DNA of 63,138 bases, the filler included, from Octopus bimaculoides (Eukaryota): NCBI RefSeq assembly GCF_001194135.2. It is 7 parts of 7 records of this genome, joined end to end, with 100 filler letters (N's around TTAATTAATTAA, not from the genome) between each part and the next. Parts side by side here need not be neighbours in the genome. Positions count along the whole stretch, not along the records: positions 35,983 to 47,437 come from NC_068981.1; positions 47,538 to 51,181 come from NC_068984.1; positions 51,282 to 59,935 come from NC_068988.1; 4 more parts are not named here. One strand, written 5' to 3'. The position numbers were made by a program, and so were the translations under genes. Position 1 is the first letter of the stretch; every line of letters starts with the position of its first letter. Shown here in pieces: positions 39,044 to 53,030 of the stretch. The notes under the pieces are model-generated. The model was not told where the DNA came from. It saw nothing but the letters and a program-made list of their open reading frames with translations, and did not search any database.

Positions 39044-40067
39044 CGTGCGTATGTTTGTATGTAGAGTGGGGTGTTGAAAAATCTCAAATCTGGCAACAAG
39101 AATCTTTTAATTTCTGAGCAACCATTCGTTAATTTCATCCGTCGCAGCAAAACATTATAGTTAAGTGCAGTAGTGGGTGGTTAAAGGGGAATTTGATTGG
39201 GACATACTTGATTGATAAAAACTGAGGAAGGTTGTACATTGCAAGTAACTAGCGTCAAATGTCTCAACCTTATCATTTTTCCTTTCATAAATACTGTGGC
39301 AACTTGCAACAGCCAACGCGTCCCCCCACACACACACACACACAAACAAATAAACATGAACACATCCTCGTAACAACCATTAGTATTCAAGAATTATTTA
39401 GGTATATAAACCTATTTCAAGAGTGTGCTTCCTAACTGTCAAAATGTGTATAACTGAAAGAAAAATAATATAACTCGGTAGGTTAAGTCACAGAGTTAAA
39501 TTTAAAAGATTACTTGACAATGCTTCAGTTATCTTCGCGTCGTATGCTTCTCATCAAGTTTTGTTTCCGTTTTTATTTTGTAGCTAACTCCATGTCAGAT
39601 AGAACGACAATGGTTTGTTCTTTCCAAAGAAATTTAAATACTGCGTGATACCAAAATATTCCCCAGTACATTAATATGTATGTTTGCCTCTCTGTGCGAG
39701 TATGCGTTTACATATATATATATACATGCATACATACATATATGATACTTATCTAAATCATTCATTCTACGGAGTCTTTACAACAACATGACTTTGTCTA
39801 TCAGCCCTTTCTAACCACCATATTGCCACAAACAACTCAACTGCAAACGTTTGCTTTTGTTTTTCTCCCTCACCTCACCATCTACCATTTCAATGTTGCT
39901 GCTGCTGCTCGTAATTTTATTTATTGCTTTGTTGATTATTTTTTCATTTCTTTAATTAATGATAATATCTTATTCAGAGTATTGTCCACATCTTTAACCA
40001 TAAATTCAAATGAACAGTTTTAATACTTTTTTTCCCTCCACTGAAATCGTTTCTATTTTGAAAAGAC

Positions 40068-40145
<78 letters not shown>

Positions 40146-40688
40146 TACACACACAAACGAAATTGAAGACGGCAAAAATAGAAAATAAAATTAAAATAAT
40201 TTTAAAATTATGCTATTACAAGAACCAAATTTTTCACCAAAACAATACCATTAAGTTCCTCTAAGCAACGCAATAAAATACTGACACAAATTACAGGGTT
40301 TCATTAAAAAAAAAAGATACGACTAAAATAAAATATATAAAATCTAATCGACTGTATAAATGAAAAGAGCAGACGATCTCTCATTGTTGTGAAACGTATG
40401 CTACTTCTTTGCCGTTCATATAGAGCAGGCAACAATGCAGCAACAATTGAATCTCCTTTTCATCAATTACATTTTAAAATGTCCACCAGCACCATAACTA
40501 CCTTCCCTTCCGATCATAGATTATGGTTGTTACCAAGATATTTTGCATGCTGAGAAAATGCGTTACCGGAATGCAATAAAATTCTCTCCTTAATTTATTG
40601 TCTCCTTTCTAATTAATTTATCTGTTTGATTTTATTAAATTATTTTTTCTTCCAAAAATGTTGTTTTATTCCGGTTCTATTTTATTCG

Positions 40689-40768
<80 letters not shown>

Positions 40769-41064
40769 CATTATTATCATTATTATTATGTCAATTTAAT
40801 GAAAGCTGTTAAACATCAGGTACTGAATCAATTACAATGTATTTATGTATGTGTGTATGTATATCTATACACATGCGTATATAGGNNNNNNNNNNNNNNN
40901 NNNNNNNNNNNNNNNNNNNNNNNNNNNNNNNNNNNNNNNNNNNNNNNNNNNNNNNNNNNNNNNNNNNNNNNNNNNNNNNNNNNNNNNNNNNNNNNNNNNN
41001 NNNNNNNNNNNNNNNNNNNNNNNNNNNNNNNATATATATATATATATATATAAATGTATGACTG

Positions 41065-41095
<31 letters not shown>

Positions 41096-41980
41096 ATTTG
41101 TACATGTGTATATATGTGTATATGTACTTACGTAGATATAAATATGTCTATTTAAGTATATGCATATGTACGTATTTGCGCATATATATATATGCGCGCA
41201 CACGTATGTAAATGTATGTATGTATATGTTTGTGTGTGTGTGTGTGTGTGTGTAATGTTACAAAACACTGTTAGCTTAAGTGGAAGTGGACCGCTTGTAT
41301 GTTTTAATATACACACAGTTTTAGGCTCGCTTTTAAAAGTAGACATATTATTGTATTACAGCAAAAAAAATAGATCGATCTAACTAGATGCACTGTATAG
41401 TATCGTTTTTTTTTTTTTGTTCATTTGTTTTTGTTTTTTTTAATCAGTTATTCATTTTTCCAACCCATAGAAAGTATATGTCATAATGATCTGAAGAATG
41501 CACGAGCTCAGGTAGAACTAAATTTATCTGTTCTAATTTGCATAATATTGCTAGTACTTGACAACGTGAATAAATTTATAGAACCTCTACAGGGTGTTAC
41601 AATAAATAGAGATGTAAGGTAAATTTACGAGCTTGTGTTTTTGATAAACACATATTTTTAGTTTCACTTTGATAAGAAAATAATATAGTTTAACTGGTTT
41701 ATTGATATAGGTTAGTGTCTACGGCCAGAAAATGAGGACCGAGTGACTGGTTTCAGTAGTTATTAATACGTTGTCGAGTGGAATTGCTGATTTTCTTTAT
41801 CAAACAGAGAATAATGGATCACAGGTATTTATCGTGTACACAAACTCGGAAAGCCTAAATTAGTTTGTCCGAATTTGCATACATAAATAAACAGACAAGC
41901 CGACAAACAGATAGTGTAGTGGTTTCATATCATATCGTTAAGCGAAAAAAAAGAATTTAAGTTGAATGAAACAATATTTA

Positions 41981-42206
41981 TTTCTTTATTGCCCACAAAG
42001 GCCTAAACATAGAAGGGACAAACAAGGACAGGCAAAGGGATTAAGTCAATTACATCGACCCCAGTGCGTAACTAGTACTTATTTAATCGACCCCGAAAGG
42101 ATGAACGGCAAAGTCGACCTTGTTGGAATTTGAACTCAGAGCGTAACGGCAGACGAAATACCGCTAAGCATTTCGTCCGGTGTGCAAACGATTCTGCCAG
42201 TTCGTC
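41981..42206 (-). mobile_element. OK-like SINE, alternative 3' end subfamily
   Basis: Head and body match 52199-52370. The 3' part TTTCTTTATTGCCCACAA...ACAAACAAGGACA recurs as a fragment at about 38251-38301. Confidence 0.85.
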
Positions 42207-42326
42207 TACTTATAGAGCCAATGTGTTGTTTATGTATTTTTTTTATAAATGCAATGTTTAATGTATTTTTGCATTTGCATTTGTGTTTCCGTTGTTATAT
42301 AGCTTGGTGTATAAGTTGCAATATTC

Positions 42327-42366
<40 letters not shown>

Positions 42367-42432
42367 TTTGCGGCTTAAGACAGAAAAATGTGAAATGATC
42401 CTCCTACTGAAGTCGAAACGCGCGCGCACACA

Positions 42433-42471
<39 letters not shown>

Positions 42472-42987
42472 ACATTTATATTATATTATATTATATTATA
42501 TTATATTATATTATATTATGCTTCAAAAATTACAAGCGGTTTCCTCATATATACATACATGTACGTGTATATTTGTATACTAACTGTTAGTGTCCTAGAA
42601 TAATTACCTTGTCTCGGGGGATGGTAAAGTTAAAGGTATAAATAATCAGGAAAGTATATATTATTAGTGGGTAAGACTCAAGTAGAAAAACAAATTTTCA
42701 CACAAGTCTAGCTGCTAGTTAGTATACACAAATGTATGCGTACCAGAGTTTCTCGTAAATCTGGATTATTACTTAGTTATATATAAATGTGTGCGCGCCC
42801 ACACAAATATTTACACACATAAAACACAGCTGGGAACAGTTTGTTTGTGTATACCTGAGCCAGCTTTTGGTTATCCAGAACGTGCTGGTTAAGATACTGT
42901 GACGTCATATCTTTTTTGCACACGTTTTTGTTCAAGCACAACTGAATTATCGCTGCTTAGTATGCTTTTTCTACACGGGTTATTGGT

Positions 42988-43317
42988 TGGTAAACGAACT
43001 ACATCTAGCACTACCTAGCTCTAGGTTCTCTTAGTAAATTACACTTTATTGCAAATTTTTTGGTTAGGTCGAAGATAACTTGCTTCTTTCCACTCACCAA
43101 TCTTGGAAGTTCTGAAAAGTGTCATAAGCGCTGCCTGTCTCCATATTGGTTAGTAGACGAACTACATTTAGCACTATCTAGCTCTAGGTTTAACACTATC
43201 AAGCTCTAAATTGTCTTGGCAAGTTACACTTTATTGCAAACCTTTGGGGCTTGTCGAAGATAACTTGCGTCTTTCCACTCACCAACCTTGAAAAGCGTCA
43301 TAAGCGCTGCCTGTCTC
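42988..43317. repeat. Two approximately 165-170-bp degenerate tandem units
   Basis: GACGAACTACAT.TAGCACTA.CTAGCTCTAGGTT...GTCGAAGATAACTTGC..CTTTCCACTCACCAA...GTCATAAGCGCTGCCTGTCTC occurs twice. Confidence 0.8.
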
Positions 43318-44068
43318 TGTAAGTGAGGCATAAAAATAAAAAAATTCGAAACATTGCGAGCGTTGAGGATCTGCAAATGTCTGTCATTGCATCAATCAAC
43401 GGTCTGAGTAGTACAAACTGTTGTGTTACATTTAAAGACACTACTCTTTTCAACATGTAATTAACTTCAAGATGAGAGAAAATTATATCTCAAGAAGCAA
43501 ATTTTTGTTGCAGTAGAGGATGTTAGTGTGTTTAGCAACAGTATAATTTTAGATGTGAGGAAATAATCCAGTGGGAACCTCTGTAAAGTAGAGAAGCAGA
43601 AAATGCTTGGTCCAAAGAGGAAATTGAAGATGCTAAATCTCAGCAACATGGTATTTAAATATTACGGAAATCGAATAGGAATTTCCCTTCACAACTACAT
43701 AGTCCATGTTTTATCCCACTTCGACGCATCTTAGGCAAGCATCCTCTACTATAGCCACATGACTAAAGCTTTCTAAACGAAAATTTGAAAACGGAAACTG
43801 AGAGACTATTACAGTTCTTGGCTCGATGTTTGAATTTAACTTGTCAATCCCTACCACATCGTTCTTCGATGCGTTTAGTAAGGTTAACTTTATCAAAAGC
43901 ATTCGAAACCAGATTTTCAGTCTGTAAATAACTTCCTCTGGTCTTTCTACAAGTGAGGAAGATTCTAAGGATTATAGGCTTTATCCTTCCAATAAAAAAG
44001 AAACATTAATCCAAATATTTTATACGTCTACGAAAATGACAATGTTATGAAAAAAAAATGTGGTGTAA

Positions 44069-44281
44069 TTCTTTCTACAATAGGCACATGGCCTGAAATT
44101 TAGAGGAAAGGAGCTAGTCTATTATATCGGCGCCAGCGCTCGACTGTTATTTATTTTATCGGCCCCGAGAAGATGAAAAGCAAAGTCGACCACGGTGCAA
44201 TTTGAACTCAGAACATAATGACGGTATAACCCTACAAAGAATTTTGTCCGACGTGCTAACGATTCTACACGTTGGCTGGCT
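44069..44281 (-). mobile_element. OK-like SINE
   Basis: Reverse complement aligns to 52199-52412. Confidence 0.8.
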
Positions 44282-44296
44282 TTAAAAAGATTACAG

Positions 44297-44506
44297 TTCT
44301 TTCTACAATAGGCACAAAACCTGAAATTTTGTGAGAGGAGGCTAGTCGATGACATTAACCCTGCCCTTGACTGATACTTATTTTAACAACCCTGATAATA
44401 AAAAGACAAAGTCGACGACGGTGGAATTTGAACTCAGAGAATAAAGATGGTACAATGTCGGTAAGCATTTTGTCCGATGTGCTAACGTTTCTGGCAGTTC
44501 GCTGCC
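44297..44506 (-). mobile_element. OK-like SINE, head-to-tail with the previous copy
   Basis: Reverse complement aligns to 52199-52412. Confidence 0.8.
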
Positions 44507-44855
44507 TTAAAAAAAACGGTGTAATTGAAAACGAAATTGCAACAATCGAACAAGAAACCATAATTATATACAAATGCCCCGGGACGCCGCTCAATGGCTG
44601 AAACAAGTGAAAACTGAAAGATGATGACGACTAGGAACGCGTAAATGAATCTACCTTATTCTAAAGAGAAATTAGCAGACTTGTTTACTCTATTTGTAGT
44701 TACTGTAAAGGTATCTGTCGGTAATATATCAGAACACGGAGAACTTAACAGCGCCTCTTAGTCTGTGATTACAATAGATAAAGATAATTAATTTTCCTGC
44801 AAAATCAATCACCGAGTATATAAGAGGTGTGTGTGTGTGTGTGAGTGTGTGTGTG

Positions 44856-44898
<43 letters not shown>

Positions 44899-45267
44899 TG
44901 TACTGGGATAAGCAAACAATTACTCCATCCAATGAGAGCATTTAATATACACAGGATTTATTTGACTCTGAATGATTGCCTGAAAATATACGTCACGCCA
45001 TACAAACTTGTTCGACAGTTGTATTTTCAGAGATATGAAACTATTAGTAACTTGCATTTAAATCTTGGTGCCCATGACTGACGATTCTTATTTGCTATGA
45101 TCTATGTGTATATTCTTATGCCCCAAGCGCCTATATGAGAGGATCTCTCAAGGCTAATAATGGTGTGTTCGGTATTCTAACAAGACATCTACGTTAATTT
45201 GGATATAAAGGTTACTTTTTAGTAGTAATACTGCTTCCGTCGCTAACAATAATAATAATGATATATA

Positions 45268-45307
<40 letters not shown>

Positions 45308-45373
45308 ATGGAGAGAGCGAGAGAGAGAGAGAGAGAGAGAAAGAAAGAAAGAGATACATACATACATACGTTA

Positions 45374-45406
<33 letters not shown>

Positions 45407-46269
45407 AGGAATTTGATCTTCGGCCTGTTAGCATAGAGTCTGTTCCTCCAGAATATATACACTGTCGAAAAGGAGTCTAAGCTTTCTCCTTCTTAGAGTC
45501 ATAATATATGTCTGTTTCTGAAAGACAAGTGTGTTTTTAATAAACACTTTATTATTCATTGTTTTGCAAAGAACTGTTTGATGGAGATAAAGATGGAGAT
45601 CTCCACACGCATGCGCCGAGAAATTTATCTCTATTTATGGCACTTGATAATGAGGTGCTTATGACAATACTGTCAGTTTTTAACGATCAGCTATCTCGAA
45701 AAAACAAAGACGGAATTATTCCAAACAAACAGATAGTCTGTAAACGATTTACATGGAGCTAACGACGGAACCTCTACAGGTCACACAACCTTCCAGAAAT
45801 AGTAACAAAATTCCATTAAAATTAAATATCTTACAGCCTTAAAAACATGCGGATACAATGCATAATATAATTCTAGATAGATAAGGTGAGATGGTCAAGG
45901 TTGCAACCTTTTTGATTATATATTTACTCGGTCAGAACTGACCTGGGGTTAAACGAACAACAACCAATGGTATAACCTCTGAAAAATGACATCATTGAAG
46001 AGGATCTCAAGAACAACTTTTCAGCAGCTTCCCCAGAGCCCTTGGGGAAAGCCACAATCGTTGACACTATGACCAGGCGCTCACGATTTTTGCCAAGTAA
46101 ACATCACACTGAGCTCGACAGAAGTCAATTACATTTGTCAAAGTTAGAGAGGCACCATATTCACGACCAAAATGAAAGGTAGGCCTCCTCTGCTGAACCT
46201 CTGATTAACAGTTGCAGGTTCGATTTAGACAGTTGAATTTTACACAGCATGCAATATCAATATTGCTCC

Positions 46270-46600
46270 AGCCAGACATGATCTTCACGTCCGAAACAGC
46301 AAAACGACTAATCAGGCAGGAACTTCACTACCCAGGGAGGAGCTTATTGACCAAGCCAATGAAGGGGAAATGTGAGAAGTACTATTAACTGGTGAAGGAG
46401 TTGGAAAACATATTATGAACCTATAGTGGTTCTGCTGAGGCTCTGTAGGACGCTCACTCCGCGTGAGGTTCGCAATGGATTGGGATTTCCAGGTGTGGGA
46501 ATGGAGAAGTGGAGTGTTCAGTCTACATGCGAAGCTGCGGAGAAAGTCACCGGGTGCTTTTGATTAAGAGAACTATCCAATGAACAGTTACTGCTGGACG
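46270..46600 (+). mobile_element. Decayed RLE domain of a Hero/NeSL-type non-LTR element
   Basis: QPDMIFTSETAKRLI..EL / PREELIDQANE / KCEKYY*LVKE ...EAAEK resembles RPDIVL.S...ELTVPWEE...A.ERK..KY. Confidence 0.5.
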
Positions 46601-47404
46601 CAAGTCGGAGTCAGGTCATACTGATATGGTAGTTATCTTGTATGAACATCAAAGAAACAGAAATCATAATATTATGAGACAGTGAGATATTCACACCATT
46701 CAAAATAAAAGCTAATTAATGAAGACAAAGCTGCAATATTCTGGTAACGTAAACGGATCGCAGAGACAGCGGTTCAACTGGAGATTTATCAATTCTCAAT
46801 AATATTTACTATCGAATAAATTTTCCAATTATCTGAAAATTGGTTTTAATCTAAATATGAACTTAAAGAATTTCAGGTGAGGAAGTGTATGATGCAACAT
46901 TCAAGTCTTACTCATTGGCATTTTCAGAAAGGAAAATAAAGTTAGCTACTGAGATTACCAAGAACTTAACATTACTTGCAGACAGTACCAGAAACGAAGA
47001 CCCGCGGAAATATGATTCATCTCACCCCTTCAATTTTCCACACAATTTTGTTGGCAAAAACCAATTCGCTAACATGCAAAGGAACGGTAGGTCCCGAGAG
47101 AACTCGTTTCCAGTCCCACAAAGCAAAAAATTGTATATAGTCATAGACTGGTGAATCAGTTCGTCCTCAGTTCGATTCGAGTACATGATGTTGATAAGCC
47201 ACAAAAACTTTATTTCATCACTCTTGTGCGAGACTGGAGGCGAATTGTCTCACCTGTCTATAACCTTCAGGTGTTTTAACACTCAGTACTATGAGGGAAA
47301 CGTTCCCAGGGTGCTGTACGGCAGCGAACCGGCGAACAAACAAAACATACATCGAGTATGTGCAGTCGATAGTGTCTACAACACTAACGCCGCTTTTAAC
47401 TTAT

Positions 47405-47437
<33 letters not shown>

Positions 47438-47607
47438 NNNNNNNNNNNNNNNNNNNNNNNNNNNNNNNNNNNNNNNNNNNNTTAATTAATTAANNNNNNN
47501 NNNNNNNNNNNNNNNNNNNNNNNNNNNNNNNNNNNNNATATATATAAAACAATAATGAGAATGGAGACTTGCACATAATATATCCCTGCAAACTCACTTT
47601 ATACATA

Positions 47608-48067
47608 CAGGTCGTCGTCGACTTACGACCTATCCGACTTACGACCTATCCGACTTACGACCGATCGACTTTACGACGATTGGCACGCCAACTCCCGGCA
47701 GCAATGATAAATAGTCCAGTTGAAATCTAACGAGATTAATTTCTTAGAAATTAACCCGTCTACGGATGATGTCAGCTAACAAATGCTTCCCTTCGGTTTG
47801 GTTATCGATAGCCACTGTGTTGGATGACTATCCTGTCGCGGAGACATCGAGGTAACCTCGTATTTGTTTATAAGACGACTGCTTGAGACACCGAATTTCT
47901 TTACTAACACCAGTATAATAGTATAATACAGAATGGGGTGTGTGACTTTTACCTGAGAATGTATCTTAAGAATGTAAAAATATAAAACAAAGCTACGTAT
48001 AGACCTATAAGCCGACTTACGACCAGTCAGTCAGAACCAATTGTGGTCGTAAGTCGACGACGACCTA
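47608..48067. mobile_element. Tigger/pogo-like MITE
   Basis: TA|CAGGTCGTCGTCGACTTACGACC on the left and GGTCGTAAGTCGACGACGACCT at 48045-48066, a 22-bp perfect TIR. Internal CGACTTACGACC repeats are present. Confidence 0.82.
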
Positions 48068-48114
48068 CATATATGTGTGTGTGTGTGTGTGTGTTTGCGC
48101 GCGCGCGTCTTTGT

Positions 48115-48320
48115 TTCCTTTTTTCTCCCCATCACCACTTGACAAGCGGTGTTGGTTTGTTTAATTTAGCGGTTCAGCAACAAAGGACCGCTAGAATAAG
48201 GGCCGGATTCATGAAAAAATAAATAAATAAATAATGTACTGGGATCGATTTGTTCGACTAAAACTCTTTGAGGCGTTGCTCTAGCGTGGCCGCACTCCGG
48301 TGCCTGAAACAACTGAAAGA
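48115..48320 (+). mobile_element. 3' half of an OR-like SINE
   Basis: Similar to the reverse complement of 10683-10850. Confidence 0.6.
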
Positions 48321-49175
48321 TGAATTAATACTGAAGGATCTTTGAGAACGTTTTCATAGGACGTGCCAATCGACTCTGTTCCAGGAAACTAGAGCAAGCC
48401 ATCTGAGGGGAATAATAATTTCGTAATAATAACTTTTATAGTAAATGCTACTCGAATAACTGCGTTTAATATTTCTAAAACAGATGATTCCCATAAACTC
48501 ATTAACCTTTAAACGGCAGACACCGTCAATTGATATTTCATTAGAGTTTGACGTCTGTTGTTCATTAGAGAACAGTAGACGTTACCAATTGATGTTTTAT
48601 TAGAGAACAGCGGATATCAGCAATTATTGTTCGAAAAATTTTACATGGATAAGGCCATCATGAATTGCTGTTTGAGTCTCTATTTCGCCAAATGCGCATA
48701 AACATAAGCGGCCTTTATCGATGGGAGAAATCAAGTGGCAAATGGAATGTTCTTACAGCCATGATGTCTTTTCTAGGCTTCCTTCATCTTCAGATGAAGC
48801 AAGTGATGATGTTGCCCTTGGTAGCACAGACAAAAAGTGATGCTCCAACTAGCTCAGAATAGTAAGAGCGCACATATTTTTCTCCATTTGTACATTCGTT
48901 TTACAATACGGAAATCTCAAACGAATTTATGCTCAAATTATTTTATTGCCCTTTTGTCTTTATTTTTATTATCTAAGAAAGTAAAAATATTGTTTTCATA
49001 GATTTTGTACTTATTTAAATTGAAAGTAAGTATAAACATGGCTCCTAAGGTAAAGAAAAAAAAAAGAAAAGAATTTTCTGCTTTTTGTTCGTTTGGCACA
49101 CAATCATGCAACCTTTCCTCACCGGTTAAAGGTTAAAGATGTTTTGATACTTGTCCAAATACTGATACCTGTTGT

Positions 49176-50050
49176 TAGGGCCGGATTAAGACCCATAGAG
49201 TCCCTAAGCTTTTAAAAGATTTTCGTACCCCATGTATACGTAATTCAAGATATACACAATAAAAAACCATAAAATAAATTTTGATGCTTCAAAATGAAAC
49301 GAAACTAACAATGAAATGAAAAATAATGTTTATTTTTGTATACTTCCACTTTATTTAGATTTGAAAAGTTTTCTCCTACTTTCTTAAATTGCAAAAAATT
49401 GATCAAATCTTCAAAATTAATCTTACGTAACCACATCTGCTTCTGTACTTTGTAGAGATAAGGCATCCAACTTGTCTTGTTGCATAGTTGTTCTGATGGA
49501 ATTTTTAATATACTTCAACTGAGAAAATGAACGCTCAGCTGAGCAATTTGTAACCATTAATGTTAAAAATTGTTGTTGTTGGCACTCCGTCGCTTACGAC
49601 GTCGAGGGTTCCAGTTGATCCGATCAACGGAACAGCCTGCTCGTGAAATTAACGTTCAAGTGGCTGAGCACTCCACAGACACGTGTACCCTTAACGTAGT
49701 TCTCAGGAAGTAAGAGTGAGAGAAAGTTGTGGTGAAAGAGTACAACAGGGTTCGCCACCATCCCCTGCCGGAGCCTCGTGGAGCTTTAGGTATTTTCGCT
49801 CAATAAACACACACGACGCCCGGTCTGGGAATCGAAACCGTGATCCTATGACCGCGAGTCCGCTGCCCTAACCACTGGGCCATTGCGCCTCCACAATGTT
49901 AAAAATATACAGAAAGCAATGTCTATATTTGGAAAGGCACACTCAATAATGCTTATTTTAGCAAGTTTAAAATGATATCTTTTGTGCCGTAAACCATTTA
50001 CCATTTTTGTGGTTCCCCCCTCCTTTGATACCCTAAACACGTACTTATTT
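49176..50050 (-). mobile_element. hAT transposon 3' end (dimerisation domain plus terminus), interrupted by a SINE
   Basis: CAFPNIDIAFCIFLTL | MVTNCSAERSFSQLKYIKNSIRTTMQQDKLDALS reads across the SINE. The terminus TAGGGCCGGATTAAG is at 49176. Confidence 0.8.
49571..49894 (-). mobile_element. Full-length young tRNA-derived SINE with (CAA)n tail and 12-bp TSD
   Basis: A-box/B-box head GGAGGCGCAATGGCCCAGTGGTTAGGG...GGTTTCGATTCCC. The TSD AATGTTAAAAAT is at 49559-49570 and 49895-49906. Confidence 0.92.
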
Positions 50051-51281
50051 TGCTCAATGGTTAATCCAACTCTCCTTGCATCAGTCAAAATTAAAGCTGT
50101 AATTTATTTATTCTTTAGAAAAAGGCATCGTAAATATGGTTTGATGTCATTATTCAATTAGGAAAAATTTAATTTACTTACAGATTATTTTAATTTGTCT
50201 AGAAATTATTTTAATTTGCTTCTTAACCATTTTAATTTATTTCGAGATTATATTAATTTACATCGAGTTTATTTTAATTTGCAGACGCCATTCCTTTTTC
50301 TACTAAACACAAATTTCATCATGAAAGGGAACAGACGACAGCAATGGATATGGCATCCAGTGAAAAGATCAAAGCCGATTGGTCGACCTGAATGTCACTG
50401 TTAATATTGTATCATTGGTAGAATCCAGAAACGATCTTTTAGTAGTGACTCACCACCAGGGTGAGCTACTGAAGGAAAATGAACCCAGAGAAGAGGAAAA
50501 CCTATTATAGATTGAATAAGGAAGAAGGGACCAAGTAGCATAGCTAGAGTGGTGGGGTATCGATCAGGTGATCAGCCCCAAGTGACTCTTTTCTGAGGGT
50601 GGCATTTTTGAGTTTGCTTAATCATGTGGTACAACGATATGAGATTGACCACATAGTATGACGATGTAGGACTGGTCGTATGGACCTCTAGCTATGCCAT
50701 CATGATGTATTTGCATTAAATATGATACATAGATGGCTATTTTAATCTCATACTGCTTCTGTTGCATATAATGAATCTTTATTCAACTGGGCGTCTTATT
50801 GCAATACCAGTGATTACTTTTCACAGTTTTCGGTATATAGCTGCGATGAGGGATCTTTCTGATTTGACGGGCAACACTTTTCATTTATGTTTTATGTAGT
50901 GTTTTTGGTACCGAAACACTTTCAAACTTCGTATACTTGTATATTTTGTGTTATAGAACAGATAAAATTTTTAGGGAATAATGATATAATTAAACAGGGA
51001 ATAACACTCTTGACACCGGCAAAAATTATTGTTTACAAAAACAGCAGTAACTGTATTCAGCTGAATAGACGTCAGTGATTGGTTGAAATTACAGAAATAC
51101 AACAACTTTAACATGAAATAACTTGCGATGTACAATTTTTTGTTAAGAAGGCTAAGAGAAAAAGTTGTTTTATATGACACANNNNNNNNNNNNNNNNNNN
51201 NNNNNNNNNNNNNNNNNNNNNNNNNTTAATTAATTAANNNNNNNNNNNNNNNNNNNNNNNNNNNNNNNNNNNNNNNNNNNN

Positions 51282-51321
<40 letters not shown>

Positions 51322-51632
51322 CACACGCAAACACACACATACATACGTATATGTATATATGTATATATGACATAGAGACATTAACGCACACGTACATACA
51401 CACCCATATATATGCAAATTTTTCTTTTACGTCAAGTTAGAATAGAATTTTATGTTTGTATGTATGTATTTATGCATGCATATATACATATATGTATGTA
51501 TGCATGTATGTATTTATGCATGCATGCATATATGTATGTATGCATATATGTATGTATGTATATGTCTGTTTGTCTATGCATTAATAGAATTCGAAGTATG
51601 GAAACATACGACAACCACGATCACGACTACGA

Positions 51633-51708
51633 ACACGGCGACCACACCACACCACACCACACCACACCACACCACACCACACCACACCACACCACACCAC
51701 ACCACACC
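51633..51708. repeat. (CACCA)n pentanucleotide repeat running into a gap
   Basis: Directly visible. Confidence 0.9.
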
Positions 51709-52055
51709 NNNNNNNNNNNNNNNNNNNNNNNNNNNNNNNNNNNNNNNNNNNNNNNNNNNNNNNNNNNNNNNNNNNNNNNNNNNNNNNNNNNNNNNNNNNN
51801 NNNNNNNNNNNNNNNNNNNNNNNNNNNNNNNNNNNNNNNNNNNNNNNNNNNNNNNNNNNNNNNNNNNNNNNNNNNNNNNNNNNNNNNNNNNNNNNNNNNN
51901 NNNNNNNNNNNNNNNNNNNNNNNNNNNNNNNNNNNNNNNNNNNNNNNNNNNNNNNNNNNNNNNNNNNNNTCTTTTTAGTTATTACCTATTGACAACTTTC
52001 GCGGAATATTCAACAGCATCAATATGAAAGCAATTCTTTCTTAGAAATTATTAAA

Positions 52056-52198
<143 letters not shown>

Positions 52199-52412
52199 GG
52201 CGGTGAGCTGGCAGAATCGTTAGCACGCCGGGCAAAATGTTTAGTGGTATTTCGCTGGTCGCTACGTTCTGAGTTCAAATTCCACTGAGGTCGACTTTGC
52301 CTTCTATCCTTTCGGAGTCGATAAATTAAGTACTAGTTGAACGCTGTGGTCGATGTAATCGACTACTCCCCTCTCCCCAAATTCCAGGCCTTATGCCTTT
52401 ATTAGAAAGGAT
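52199..52412 (+). mobile_element. Full-length OK-like SINE with (ATT)n tail
   Basis: GGCGGTGAGCTGGCAGAATCGTTAGCACGCCGGGC...GAGTTCAAATTCC (A/B boxes)...GTCGACTTTGCC...AGAAAGGATTATT. Confidence 0.9.
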
Positions 52413-52879
52413 TATTATTATTATTATTATTATTATTATGATTATTATTATTATTATTATTAACCAGTTCGTTATCATTTGTAAATTTAATTTATACATT
52501 GCAAGTTAATGGCTTCCCTGTGCCTAATGAGATGTCAGTTTATTTTAATAACCATTATTAGTTTTATCATGTACAATATAACTACTACTATAAGCTTAAC
52601 ACCCCCTTAACATGCTCAGCGCCCCCTTGGGGGCGGTGCCGCCGACATTGAGAACTTCTGGTGGACATGGGCATTCGCCGCAAGATGAACAATGAAAGAA
52701 TTGAAAGCGCAACATATTTTGAGTTGAAATTGACTGTCAAATAGGGAAGAATGTTAAACCACGTCGAAATAGCAATCAAATAGCGAGGTGATTTTGAAAT
52801 ACCGCTTTTGTGCCCAGTGCGCTGTAAGCAATAATGAAGAGTTACATATTGAACTTTTAAGGGTTTTACAGAGTTATGG

Positions 52880-53030
52880 TTAAGAGGTGTGGTTAAGAAG
52901 TTCTCTTCGCAACCGCCTTGGTTTCGGCTTCAACCCCACTGTGCAACACGTTGGGCAAGTGTCTTCTACTCTTGACTCGGACTGATTGATATCCATTGAG
53001 TGAATTTGGTAAACTGAAACTGTGTGAAGT
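52880..53030 (+). mobile_element. Degenerate OR-like SINE head
   Basis: GTGTGGTTAAGAAG...CCCACTG...TTGGGCAAGTGTCTTCTACT...GAGTGAATTTGGTA. Confidence 0.65.

Noticed and set aside
47621-47680. Short regularly spaced CGACTTACGACC repeats resembling a CRISPR-like array
   Set aside because: They are subterminal repeats of the Tigger-like MITE. There are no unique spacers or cas genes, and the context is eukaryotic.
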